Of a stretch of 33,687 nucleotides of DNA, positions 25,372-33,687 are shown one piece after another; position 1 is the stretch's first letter, and every line of letters starts with the position of its first letter. The translations under genes and the position numbers were made by a program. Origin of the DNA: Gemmatimonadaceae bacterium. Lineage in GTDB: Bacteria > Gemmatimonadota > Gemmatimonadetes > Gemmatimonadales > Gemmatimonadaceae. A model generated the notes under the pieces. It searched no databases and had not been told where the DNA came from. It worked only from the letters and a program-made list of their open reading frames with translations. The stretch spans positions 1 to 33,687 of the forward strand of contig JBJMNM010000511.1 of the NCBI GenBank assembly GCA_045804305.1, read 5' to 3'.

Positions 25372-25836
25372 ATGACTACGCCACGCATCCGCTCCCTGGT
25401 TTCACTCGCCGCCGCGCTGACCGTCACCCTCGCGCTCGGCGGATGTGCCAGCGCCAGCGCTCCCTCGAGCCTCGCGAGGGAGGCGCCCGATGCGCGTCCG
25501 CTCACCGTGCGTTTCGACAACGACGCACGCGACTACGTGCACGTCTATCTCGTTGGCGAGCAACGCCAGTGGCTGCTGGCGCGCGTGGCGCCCGGTGCGC
25601 GAGCGATGCTGCGGATTCCCGACGAAGCGCTGGCCGGAGACGTGGATCGGATGCGGCTCGCGGTGCTGGCGGGAGAGCGCGTGACGTTGTGGGCCCCCAG
25701 CGAGGCTCGCGCGACAGTCACTCTTGCGCAGCCGATGGCGGCGTTTCTCTCGCAGCGGTGGACGTTCTCGCAGTCGCTTACGCAGGGGCAGCTCATGGCG
25801 CTCCCCCGCGCGCGCGCGGAGATGGTCCGGCCTTGA
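25372..25836 (+). CDS. Hypothetical lipoprotein
   Basis: ATG 25372 preceded by GGAGG. MTTPRIRSLVSLAAALTVTLALGGC has a good lipobox (LGGC). 154 aa, no family recognised. Divergent from the ECF43-like sigma gene. Confidence 0.65.
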   Translation: MTTPRIRSLVSLAAALTVTLALGGCASASAPSSLAREAPDARPLTVRFDNDARDYVHVYLVGEQRQWLLARVAPGARAMLRIPDEALAGDVDRMRLAVLAGERVTLWAPSEARATVTLAQPMAAFLSQRWTFSQSLTQGQLMALPRARAEMVRP

Positions 25837-26838
25837 TCACTCCCGCGCGAACGCCGCGTCGAACGCCACGCTGGACGACGGGAACTCGATCGTGCGCAGC
25901 CGAGCGCAGGCCTCTTGCGCGCCGAACTCGCGCTCCATCGCGCCGTCCTCCCACTCCACCGACAACGGTCCCGTGTAGCCCGCGCCGTTCAGCGCTCTCA
26001 CGATGCCCTCGAAGTCGATGCGGCCGCGTCCGATGGAGCGGAAATCCCAGAAGCGGTCGCGATGGCCGAACGGCAGATGGCCGCCGAACACGCCGGACGG
26101 CTTCGGCGTCTCCGACCACCAGACGTCCTTCATGTGCGCGTGGTAGATGCGTCCGCCGTACCGTTCGATGAAACCGAGATAGTCCACTCCCTGATAGCCG
26201 AGGTGGCTCGGGTCGAAGTTGAAGCCGAACGCATCGTGCCCGTCCACCGCGTCCAGCGCACGCTCCGCCGACGACGTGTCGAAGGCGATCTCCGTCGGAT
26301 GCACCTCGAGGGCGAACTTCACACCCACTTCGGCGAAGACGTCGAGAATCGGCGCCCATCGGTCGGCGAAATCACGGAATCCGGCGTCGATCATCTCGGG
26401 CGTGACGGGCGGGAAGCTGTAGAGCAGCGGCCAGATGGACGAGCCGGTGAAGCCCGTCACGACCTTGACGCCGAGCCGCGCGGCGGCGCGCGCGGTGGCC
26501 TTCATCTCCTCCGCGGCGCGCCGGCGAACCGCTTCGGGATCGCCGTCTCCCCAGACGTGCGGCGGCAGGATGCTCTTGTGGCGCTCGTCGATCCGGTCGC
26601 AGACCGCCTGACCCACGAGATGGTTGCTGATGGCGAACACCGTCAGCCCGTGGCGCTCGAGCATCGCCCGACGCGCCGCGCAGTAGCCATCCTCCTTCAG
26701 TGCGCGCCCGACGTCGAAGTGATCGCCCCACGAGGCGAGCTCCAGGCCGTCGTATCCCCAGCTCCGCGCCTTCGATGCGAGCGTCTCCAGCGGCAGGTCC
26801 GCCCACTGGCCGGTGAACAGCGTGATCGGTCTCGGCAT
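25837..26838 (-). CDS. Sugar phosphate isomerase/epimerase (xylose-isomerase-like TIM barrel, AP_endonuc_2 family)
   Basis: 333 aa. [40 protein letters not shown] and HMKD metal-ligand-type motifs. Typical partner of Gfo/Idh/MocA oxidoreductases. Confidence 0.87.
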   Translation of the reverse strand: MPRPITLFTGQWADLPLETLASKARSWGYDGLELASWGDHFDVGRALKEDGYCAARRAMLERHGLTVFAISNHLVGQAVCDRIDERHKSILPPHVWGDGDPEAVRRRAAEEMKATARAAARLGVKVVTGFTGSSIWPLLYSFPPVTPEMIDAGFRDFADRWAPILDVFAEVGVKFALEVHPTEIAFDTSSAERALDAVDGHDAFGFNFDPSHLGYQGVDYLGFIERYGGRIYHAHMKDVWWSETPKPSGVFGGHLPFGHRDRFWDFRSIGRGRIDFEGIVRALNGAGYTGPLSVEWEDGAMEREFGAQEACARLRTIEFPSSSVAFDAAFARE

Positions 26839-26887
26839 GCGTTCCGGTCTGATGTGATCGTGCAGCGCGATCGCGCGGCGCGCGCCG

Positions 26888-28093
26888 CTAATGGTGGTCG
26901 ACCTTCACCCACTCCTTCCGCTCGTGGCTGCGCACCACTGCCTCCACGATCCGCACCTCGGCGTCGCCGTCCTCGAACGTGGGAAAGTCCGCCGCATCCC
27001 GTCCGGGCTTCTTGCCGGCGGCGATGTACCGGTAGAGCGCGCCGAACACGTTGCGCGGCCCGTCGGGGTAGCCCTCGGGATGACCGCCGGGGTAGTGCGC
27101 ATACCCGCGCGCCATCGGGTCCAGCAGCGCCGGATCCTTCATCAACACCTCGTTCGCCCGGTCGCGATGCCCGATCCACAGATGGTTGGGATTCTCCTGA
27201 TCCCATGACAGCGCGCTGCTGCTGCCGTCCACCTCGATCCACTGCCGGTTCTTCCGACCCACGCTCACCTGCGACACAGTCAGCGAGCCGCGCAATCCAC
27301 CCTCGAGCTCGAGGAGCACGAAGCCGCCGTCCTCGGTGTCGATCCGCGCCTCGTCGTACTCCTGTGGCGCCCCCTGCTCCTTCCCCTTGTAGGTCTCGAC
27401 GGCGCGCTTGGGCTTCTTGCGTGTCTCGTACACCCGGAAGAGATGTGCGTACACCCCGATGATCCGGCGGCCGGTGACGAACTGCACCAGATCGAACCAG
27501 TGCGAGCCGATGTCGGCGATGGCACGCGACGCGCCGCTGACTTTCGATTCCAGGCGCCAGTTGTAATCGGTGTCGTGGGCCAGCCAGTCCTGCAGGTAGT
27601 GGCCATGCACGAGGAACAGGTCGCCCAGATCGCCGCGCGTCACCATCGCGCGAGCCTGCTGCACGAGCGGGTAGCCGCGATAGTTGAAGTTGATGGCCGT
27701 AACCACGCCGGCTTCGCGAGCCAGCCGCACCAGCTCACCCGACTCCGCCGACGTCATCGTGAGGGGCTTCTCCGAGAGCACGTGCTTTCCAGCCAGGATG
27801 AGGGCGCGATTGACCTCGAAGTGCAGGTTGTTCGGGGTGCAGTTGTGCACGGCGTGCACGTCCGGACGTTGGAGCAGGTCGTGCCAGTCGTGCAGCACGT
27901 GCGGGATTCCATACTGCCGCGCGAGCTCTTCTCCCCGCGCCGTGTCGAGCGCGACGAGAGCGACGATCTGGACGCCCGGCACCCGCCGGAGCGCGTCGAT
28001 GTGCGCCGTTCCCATGAAGCCGGAGCCGACGATGGCGACGTTCACTGGTGGCATCGTGTGGTAGCTGGGGTGAACCGGCGTGCCGGTTTGCAT
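26888..28093 (-). CDS. Gfo/Idh/MocA family NAD(P)-dependent oxidoreductase
   Basis: [19 protein letters not shown] Rossmann motif, EKPL motif (VLSEKPLTM) and a C-terminal GFO_IDH_MocA_C-type domain. An alternative ATG at 28054 is possible. Confidence 0.9.
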   Translation of the reverse strand: MQTGTPVHPSYHTMPPVNVAIVGSGFMGTAHIDALRRVPGVQIVALVALDTARGEELARQYGIPHVLHDWHDLLQRPDVHAVHNCTPNNLHFEVNRALILAGKHVLSEKPLTMTSAESGELVRLAREAGVVTAINFNYRGYPLVQQARAMVTRGDLGDLFLVHGHYLQDWLAHDTDYNWRLESKVSGASRAIADIGSHWFDLVQFVTGRRIIGVYAHLFRVYETRKKPKRAVETYKGKEQGAPQEYDEARIDTEDGGFVLLELEGGLRGSLTVSQVSVGRKNRQWIEVDGSSSALSWDQENPNHLWIGHRDRANEVLMKDPALLDPMARGYAHYPGGHPEGYPDGPRNVFGALYRYIAAGKKPGRDAADFPTFEDGDAEVRIVEAVVRSHERKEWVKVDHH

Positions 28094-28210
28094 CGAGCGA
28101 AAAACCTACGCACTGCCCGCCCGCTCGCCTAGCCACCCACCGTGAGTGTCGGCAGCCTAGATTGTTGTGCCGGCCCGTGCCGACCTGCTCGCCTCCCACA
28201 GCTGCCACCG

Positions 28211-29794
28211 ATGTCGCCTACTCGCCGCGAAGTCCTTGCGCAGCTCGCCGCCCTCGTCGCCCTCCCGCTGCCGAAGTGGGCGTCCTTCGCCGATGACCCG
28301 CTCCACGGCACCATCGCGGACTATCAGGCGGGGCGTCGTCGCGGCGCGTGGACAGCCGCCGAGGCCACCGCGCGTGCGCTCGACCGCTGCCGGACGGACG
28401 GAATGGCGTGGCGTGCGATCGACGCGCTTTCCGACGCAGCCCCCGCCGACGCTCGCGCCGCCGACGCCCGCCTTCGTAGGGGCCAATCTCGTGGGCCATT
28501 GGACGGCGTCCCCGTGTTTGCGAAGTCGATCTACGACATGTCCGGGTTTCCAACCACCGGGTCGAACGCGGAGTGGGCGCGTCTCTTCCCCGAGCGTTTG
28601 CGTCGCGACGCCCTCGAGGTGCGCCGGCTGCGCGCGGCCGGCGCGATCGTCCTCGGAAAGACGGCGGCCGACGACTTCGCCTATCACGGCAACGGCACCA
28701 GCAGCCACACGGGGCAGGTGCTCAACCCGCACGATCGCACGGGCACGCGCACGCCCGGAGGATCGAGCGCGGGCTCCGCGGTCGCGGTCGCGGACGGGAT
28801 GGCTTTCGCCGCACTCGGCACGGACGACGGCGGCTCCAACCGCATTCCTGCGCAGTTCACCGGCGTCGTGGGGATGAAGCCGACGTTCGGTCTCGTGCCG
28901 CGCACCGGCGTGATTCCCACGTGGCCCTACCTCGACACGCACGGTCCGCTCGCGCGCACGGTGGCCGACGCGGCGCTCTTCCTGGCCGCGATCGCGGGAG
29001 CGGATGCGTCGGACCCGCTCGCGCTGTCGGGTGCGTCGAGCAGCGGGTCGTTCGCCGGGTTGCGCGACGACGCGCTTGCCGGTGTGCGACTGGGGCTCGT
29101 CGAGGTGCACGTTACGCGCGGGCAAATGTCCGCCGAGGCGCTCGCGGTGTGGGACCGCGCCGTGGCCGACCTGCGCGCCGCCGGCGCGGTGGTCGAGCCC
29201 TTTGCCCCCGCGGTCACGCGCGTCGATTTCCGAGACGCCTTCGCGGCCGCGGCGCGTGCCCGCGGCGACGTCGCCGTGGATCCGAAGTCGCCCGCGCCTA
29301 CCGCCAACGCGCTGCTCCACTACTTCGCCGGCCGGACGGACGACTCTCGGGCCGCGATGCGCCGCGGCTACCCGGCGTTCCGCGCGTTCTATGACGTGCT
29401 CCCCGCGACCTTCGAGGAGTGCGAGCCACTGCTCGATCGTGCCATCACGGAGGACCCGGCGGGACGCTCCTTCGCCCGATCGCGCTCTGAAGTCGTGACG
29501 GCCCTGGAGGCCTCGATGCGCGCGGCGGGCGTGGCGGCGATGGTCTATCCGACGATGCCCTTCAACGCGCCGCGCGCCGTCGATCCGTGGCCGGACATCC
29601 GCACCGCGCTGGGCTACGGCAACTGGCTCGGCGTGCCGGAGGTCTCGGTCCCCGCGGGCATGGGCGCGGACGGAATGCCGGCGCTCAACCTGTCGATCGT
29701 CGGACTGCCGGGCACGGACGCTCGCGTGCTGGCGTTGGCGCATGCGTACGAGCGGCAGTCGCGCCGGTTCGTGGCGCCCGATCGTCCGCGTTGA
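28211..29794 (+). CDS. Amidase-signature family amidase with twin-arginine (Tat) signal peptide
   Basis: MSPTRREVLAQLAALVALPLP (RR motif). AS signature GGSSAGSAVAVADGMAFAALGTDDGGSNRIPA, with the catalytic Lys region PVFAKSIYD. Start trimmed to ATG 28211. Confidence 0.9.
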   Translation: MSPTRREVLAQLAALVALPLPKWASFADDPLHGTIADYQAGRRRGAWTAAEATARALDRCRTDGMAWRAIDALSDAAPADARAADARLRRGQSRGPLDGVPVFAKSIYDMSGFPTTGSNAEWARLFPERLRRDALEVRRLRAAGAIVLGKTAADDFAYHGNGTSSHTGQVLNPHDRTGTRTPGGSSAGSAVAVADGMAFAALGTDDGGSNRIPAQFTGVVGMKPTFGLVPRTGVIPTWPYLDTHGPLARTVADAALFLAAIAGADASDPLALSGASSSGSFAGLRDDALAGVRLGLVEVHVTRGQMSAEALAVWDRAVADLRAAGAVVEPFAPAVTRVDFRDAFAAAARARGDVAVDPKSPAPTANALLHYFAGRTDDSRAAMRRGYPAFRAFYDVLPATFEECEPLLDRAITEDPAGRSFARSRSEVVTALEASMRAAGVAAMVYPTMPFNAPRAVDPWPDIRTALGYGNWLGVPEVSVPAGMGADGMPALNLSIVGLPGTDARVLALAHAYERQSRRFVAPDRPR

Positions 29795-29857
29795 CGGAGC
29801 TCGTCAGGGCGGATGCGCGGGGCGCGCGGTCACCGCGCAGGGGCTATCAGGTGATCG

Positions 29858-31144
29858 TCACGCCACTCCATGGCCGGCCCTGGCCCGCGCGGCGCGAGCG
29901 AGCAGCAGGTCGCGTTCGCGGATGTTGCGCGTCAGCGACGCCGCGCGCTCGAGCTCGACGCGCGCTTCGTCCAATCGGCCGAGCTTCAGGAGAAAGTCGC
30001 CGCGCACGGCCGGCAGCAGATGATAGCCGCTCAGCGATGGCTCCGACCGCAGCGCATCCACGATCGCGAGACCAGCGGCGGGACCCGTGGCCATCGACAC
30101 CGCGACGGCCCGGTTCAACTCCACGATCGGCGATGGCGTGAGCTGCGCGAGCTCCTCGTACAGCACCGCGATGCGCGCCCAGTCGGTCTCCTCGGCGGTG
30201 CGCGCCCGCGCATGGCACGCGGCGATCGCCGCCTGAAGCGCATAGGGACCACGTGCGCCACCGAGTCGCTCCGCCCGGTCGAGCGCGGCGAGCCCGCGGC
30301 GAATGAGCAGCTGATCCCATCGCGCGCGGTTCTGGTCGAGGAGGAGAATCGGCTCCCCCGAGGGGCCGAGGCGTGCCCGGGCGCGCGACGCCTGGATCTC
30401 CATCAATGCGACGAGCCCGTGAACCTCGGGCTCCTCCGGCATCAGCTCCGCCACGATGCGGCCCAGCCGCAGCGCGTCTTCGCACAGCGCGGGCCGAATC
30501 CAGTCGTCGCCGGCGGTGGCGGTGTAGCCCTCGTTGAACACGAGATAGATCACCGCCAGCACCGACGACAGCCGCACCGCCAGCTCATCGCCGCGCGGTA
30601 CCTCGAACGGGACCCGTGCCTCGCCGAGCGTTCGCTTGGCGCGGACGATCCGCTGCGCCACGGTCGCCTCCGGCACGAGGAAGGCGCGCGCGATCTCGTC
30701 CGTGGTGAGCCCGCCGAGCAGGCGCAGGGTGAGCGCGACCCGGGCTTCCGTGGAGAGCACCGGGTGGCAGGCGATGAACACGAGCCGCAGCAGGTCGTCA
30801 CCCACGTGATCGTCGATCGCGGTGTCGAGGTCCGGCACGGCCGCCTCCTGCTGCGCCTCGAGCTCGTGGGCGAGCGTCTCGTGCTTTCGCTCGAGCATCT
30901 TGTGGCGGCGCAATGCATCGATGGCCCGATGCTTCGCGGTGGCCATGAGCCAGGCACCCGGCTTGTCCGGGACGCCCGACTCCGGCCATTGCTCGAGAGC
31001 CGCCACGAGCGCGTCCTGCGCGAGATCCTCCGCCAGCCCGACATCACGCACCAATCGCGTGAGGCCGGCGATGAGCTTCGCGGACTCGATCCTCCAGACT
31101 GCGTCGATCGTGCGATGAATGTCGGATGCCGTCACGGCATCCAA
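29858..31144 (-). CDS. ECF42-type sigma factor (sigma-70 regions 2 and 4 plus long TPR-like C-terminal extension)
   Basis: VWRIESAKLIAGLTRLVRDVGLAEDLAQDALVAALEQWP (r2), LGGLTTDEIARAFLVPEATVAQRIVRAKRTL (r4), then a ~230-aa extension (VIYLVFNEGY...YALQAAIAACHA...). Adjacent YCII/DGPF gene. Start is TTG 31144 or GTG 31135. Confidence 0.9.
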   Translation of the reverse strand: MDAVTASDIHRTIDAVWRIESAKLIAGLTRLVRDVGLAEDLAQDALVAALEQWPESGVPDKPGAWLMATAKHRAIDALRRHKMLERKHETLAHELEAQQEAAVPDLDTAIDDHVGDDLLRLVFIACHPVLSTEARVALTLRLLGGLTTDEIARAFLVPEATVAQRIVRAKRTLGEARVPFEVPRGDELAVRLSSVLAVIYLVFNEGYTATAGDDWIRPALCEDALRLGRIVAELMPEEPEVHGLVALMEIQASRARARLGPSGEPILLLDQNRARWDQLLIRRGLAALDRAERLGGARGPYALQAAIAACHARARTAEETDWARIAVLYEELAQLTPSPIVELNRAVAVSMATGPAAGLAIVDALRSEPSLSGYHLLPAVRGDFLLKLGRLDEARVELERAASLTRNIRERDLLLARAARARAGHGVA

Positions 31145-31235
31145 TCACACCACGCGCACTTCGTGATGCAAGACCGGCCCGGGCCGGACTGTCATCCCAC
31201 AGGAGCGAGCGAACGCGGGTGAACGTCGCGATTCG

Positions 31236-31658
31236 CTACTTCGATGTCATTTGCTGGCGGAGCCGTTCTTCCCGCTCGCGAAGCTCGGGTGTGAACTCCT
31301 CACCGAAATCCTCGGCTTCGAACAGCTGCCGGATCTCGATCTCGCTCTCCGCACCCGTCGGATTGGGACAGCGCTTGACCCACTCGATCGCCTCCTCTTT
31401 CGACTTCACCTGCCAGATCCAGTAGCCGGCGATGAGCTCCTTCGACTCCGCGAAGGGGCCGTCGATCACGGTGCGCTTCGTCCCCGAGAACTTCACTCGC
31501 GCGCCCTTGGAGCTCGGCTGCAGGCCGTCGCCCGCGAGCATGATGCCCGCCTTCACCAGCTCCTCGTTGTACTTGCCCATCTCGGCCAGGAGCTGCTCGC
31601 TGGGCATCACGCCCGCCTCGGTATTCTTGTCGGCCTTGACCATGATCATGAAGCGCAT
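31236..31658 (-). CDS. YCII-related (DGPF) domain protein
   Basis: MRFMIMVKAD...GDGLQPS...VIDGPFAESKELIAGYWIWQVKSKEEAIEWVKRCP. This is the canonical genomic partner of ECF42 sigma factors. Confidence 0.9.
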   Translation of the reverse strand: MRFMIMVKADKNTEAGVMPSEQLLAEMGKYNEELVKAGIMLAGDGLQPSSKGARVKFSGTKRTVIDGPFAESKELIAGYWIWQVKSKEEAIEWVKRCPNPTGAESEIEIRQLFEAEDFGEEFTPELREREERLRQQMTSK

Positions 31659-31736
31659 CGTCGTGTCTCCGTTGGGGTGTTTTGGGGGAGCGCTACGGCT
31701 CCGGCCCGACCGGCCGGCTCAACCGCGGCTCTACTA

Positions 31737-31767
31737 TCACGTCGAATGGGACCGGGCTGGATCGACA
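31737..31767 (-). promoter_or_regulatory. Candidate ECF42-dependent promoter upstream of the YCII-sigma pair: TGTCGA-N17-CGACGTGA
   Basis: On the minus strand: TGTCGA (31767-31762), a 17-nt spacer, then CGAC (31744-31741) followed by GTGA. It lies about 80-110 nt upstream of the YCII ATG. The match to the published ECF42 motif (TGTCGA -35, CG-rich -10) is from memory and not verified. Confidence 0.35.
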
Positions 31768-31836
31768 CGACCCAAAAGTATCTTTTCGGCTGGGAAGCTG
31801 GACGAGAAAGGCCGCTGACGGACGAAGGCCCTCGAC

Positions 31837-33105
31837 TCATGCCGCGATCGTCGCCGTCGCCAGGACGTCGTCGTCCGTCCCGCCGTACCGCACGCCCGAG
31901 CGCCGTTCGGCCGGCCGCACCACGAGCAGATACACGCCCAGCGCGCCGATGGCGCACACCGCCATGGTGCCGGTCATCGCGAGGGCCGTTCGCCCGTCGA
32001 ACAACGACGCCGCAACGGCGCTCGCGAGGGCGCCGGCTACCATCTGCAGGCCGCCCAGCAGCGCGCTCGCCACGCCGACGATCTCCGGCATCGGCTCGAG
32101 CGCGCCCTGCGCCGCGTTCGGGCGCACCATGCCGTGCGCCACGTTGCCGATCATCAGGAGCGGCACGAGCGTCCAGATGCGCAGCGCGCCGATGAGCGTC
32201 AACAGCACCAGCGTCGAGGTCGTGGTGGCGATCACCGACAGCCCTGCCGTGATGATGCGCGTGTGCGAGGCGCCTCGGCGACTCAGCCGCGCATTGGTGA
32301 ACGAACCGGCCATGAGACCGAGTGCGGTGCACGCGAACAGCAGCCCATAGAACCGCTGAGATGCGCCGAGCAGCCCGATCAGCACCAGGGACGAGCCTGA
32401 CACGTAGGCGAACAGGCAGCCGAAGCCCAGTGCGACGACCAGCGCGTAGCCGATGCTCACCGGGTGCCGGAGCACTCGTGCGTAGTTCGCGAGCGTGCGA
32501 CGGAACGTGAGGGCTCCGCCGGTGTGCCGCGGTGCCGTCTCGCTGAGCAGCCGCGCGGCGAGCGTGAAGAGGACGACTCCAAGAGCCGCCAGCGCGCCAT
32601 AGATCGCGCGCCATCCACCGAAGCTCGCGATCGCGACGCCGAGCGTGGGCGCGATGATCGGTGCGATGCCACCGGCCATGTTCACGTATGATTGCTGCGT
32701 GCGCGCCTCGTGGCCGGTGAACAGGTCGCGCACCATGGCCAGCACGAGCACCTGCGCCGTACCGGCGCCCATGCCCATCAGCGCGCGATACACGAGCAAT
32801 GTCTCCAGCGAGTGCGCGACGGTGGCCAATGCGCCGAAGCAGGCGAAGACGGCCACTCCGCCCAGCAGCATCGGCCGTCGCCCGAATCGGTCGGAAAGTG
32901 GTCCGAACACGAGCGGTCCGAGCGCGAAGCCGGCCATGAAGAGGCTGAACGTCAACGCGGCCCGCGCCGGCGTCACGCCGAGAGACTGGGCGGTCTCGGC
33001 GAGCACCGGGAGGCCCATGTCGGTGGCGAACGACGCCATGGTGACGAGCGCGCCGAGCAGCAGGGTGAAGGCGATCGACTGCGGGCGGAGGCGGGGTGGG
33101 GTCAT
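31837..33105 (-). CDS. MFS transporter, Bcr/CflA (DHA1) drug-efflux subfamily
   Basis: 422 aa, about 12 hydrophobic segments, and MFS motif A GPLSDRFGRRPMLL after TM2. Confidence 0.9.
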   Translation of the reverse strand: MTPPRLRPQSIAFTLLLGALVTMASFATDMGLPVLAETAQSLGVTPARAALTFSLFMAGFALGPLVFGPLSDRFGRRPMLLGGVAVFACFGALATVAHSLETLLVYRALMGMGAGTAQVLVLAMVRDLFTGHEARTQQSYVNMAGGIAPIIAPTLGVAIASFGGWRAIYGALAALGVVLFTLAARLLSETAPRHTGGALTFRRTLANYARVLRHPVSIGYALVVALGFGCLFAYVSGSSLVLIGLLGASQRFYGLLFACTALGLMAGSFTNARLSRRGASHTRIITAGLSVIATTTSTLVLLTLIGALRIWTLVPLLMIGNVAHGMVRPNAAQGALEPMPEIVGVASALLGGLQMVAGALASAVAASLFDGRTALAMTGTMAVCAIGALGVYLLVVRPAERRSGVRYGGTDDDVLATATIAA

Positions 33106-33139
33106 TGCGATGAAGACTAGCCGGGATGGTGCCGCGGCC

Positions 33140-33687
33140 CTAGCGGTAGATGGCTTCGAGCACGCGGTTCACCGCGCGGCCTGCCGCTCCGTCCACCACC
33201 GGACGTCCACCATCGAGCACTGCATCCACGAACTGCTGCACCAGAGGCAGATGGACGTTGTCGGGAGCCGGATGCTGCTCGACGGTCTGCTCTCCGCCGC
33301 GCACGATGCGCAGCTCCGGTCCGTTGAGCCTGGCGACGTGAATGGAGCCTTCCGAGCCGAAGATATCGAGCGTATCGCGCGGCTCGAGCGCGGCGTGCGC
33401 CACTGTGACGGTCGCGAGCGGCCCCGGCGAGAAGCGGAGCGCGGCAATCGCCGCGTCCTCAACCGGCCGATCGAATAGAGTGTTGGCGCGCAGCGCACGG
33501 ACGTCGCTCACGTCGCCGAACAGGCTGAGCAGCACCTCGATGCGGTGGCAGCCGAAATCGAACATCGGGCCGCCACCGGACACCGCGGGGTCGAGGAGCC
33601 ACGCGCGCGGATGACCCGGCGGCGGATCGAACCGCTCGAAGGCGTCGAGCTCGGCGATCGCGGGCGCTCCGATCGCGCCATCGGCGA
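33140..33687 (-). CDS. Gfo/Idh/MocA family oxidoreductase (partial, N-terminus beyond the right edge)
   Basis: The track ORF starts at GTG 33583, but the frame stays open to the window end. My translation upstream reads ADGAIGAPAIAELDAFERFDPPPGHPRAWLLDPAVSGGGPMFDFGCHRIE, the typical junction into the C-terminal domain of this family. Confidence 0.8.
   Translation of the reverse strand, partial: ADGAIGAPAIAELDAFERFDPPPGHPRAWLLDPAVSGGGPMFDFGCHRIEVLLSLFGDVSDVRALRANTLFDRPVEDAAIAALRFSPGPLATVTVAHAALEPRDTLDIFGSEGSIHVARLNGPELRIVRGGEQTVEQHPAPDNVHLPLVQQFVDAVLDGGRPVVDGAAGRAVNRVLEAIYR

Noticed and set aside
25915-27462. 515-aa plus-strand ORF spanning two minus-strand genes
   Set aside because: It crosses the isomerase/oxidoreductase intergenic gap in antisense, and its C-terminal half is Arg/Pro/Ser low complexity. 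This is a GC artefact.
29824-29838. Hairpin GCGCGG-TCA-CCGCGC between the convergent amidase and ECF42 genes, as a bidirectional terminator
   Set aside because: It is only a 6-bp stem with a 3-nt loop and has no flanking T/A runs. That is too weak to list as a feature, so it is mentioned only in the convergent-junction finding.
28157-31222. 528-aa minus ORF antisense to the amidase, and 450-aa plus ORF antisense to the ECF42 sigma
   Set aside because: The partner frames carry the AS signature and the sigma regions 2 and 4 respectively. The antisense translations are compositionally off-frame-like.
31646-32614. 322-aa minus-strand ORF overlapping the MFS transporter gene in another frame
   Set aside because: The transporter frame shows 12 hydrophobic segments and MFS motif A. 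This frame is Arg/Ala/Gly-rich.

Overview
High-GC (roughly 68-70%), very gene-dense bacterial chromosomal segment. Gene content (ECF43-type sigma with PD40 kinase, DPP-IV, many secreted proteins) suggests Gemmatimonadota or Acidobacteriota, but that is inference only. I support about 31 protein-coding genes, two of them running off the window edges. I found no rRNA, tRNA, CRISPR array, transposase, integrase or prophage gene. Content left to right: an M14 carboxypeptidase and DPP-IV peptidase pair; an ECF sigma, membrane protein with CBM48-like domain, and secreted helical protein operon; fadI-fadJ beta-oxidation genes divergent from glpD; greA; MBL-fold hydrolase; a minus-strand LOG, deoxyhypusine-synthase-like, DinB-fold cluster divergent from an AlkP/NPP-type phosphodiesterase; small membrane and secreted hypotheticals; a small Arg/Trp-rich ORF coupled to queG; a large putative lipoprotein; a polytopic Ser/Thr kinase; an F420-oxidoreductase-like NAD(P) protein; an ECF43-type sigma coupled to a Ser/Thr kinase with a TolB-like propeller; a sugar-isomerase-like TIM barrel with a Gfo/Idh/MocA oxidoreductase; a Tat-exported amidase; a YCII (DGPF) and ECF42 sigma module; a Bcr/CflA MFS exporter; and a second Gfo/Idh/MocA gene. 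The track calls ATG, GTG and TTG as starts and always takes the longest ORF, so I trimmed several starts. One real gene (1..978, minus) is missing from the track because it has no stop in the window. Many long ORFs are alternate-frame or antisense artefacts of the GC content. I cannot point to a clear, self-contained novel system. The best candidates are the translationally coupled LOG/DHS-like pair with matching basic N-terminal tails, two unusual structured or repetitive intergenic elements (3288-3393 and 8641-8920), and the regulator-dense stretch with three ECF sigmas and two Hanks kinases. All functional ideas beyond family assignment are inference and need database or experimental checks.
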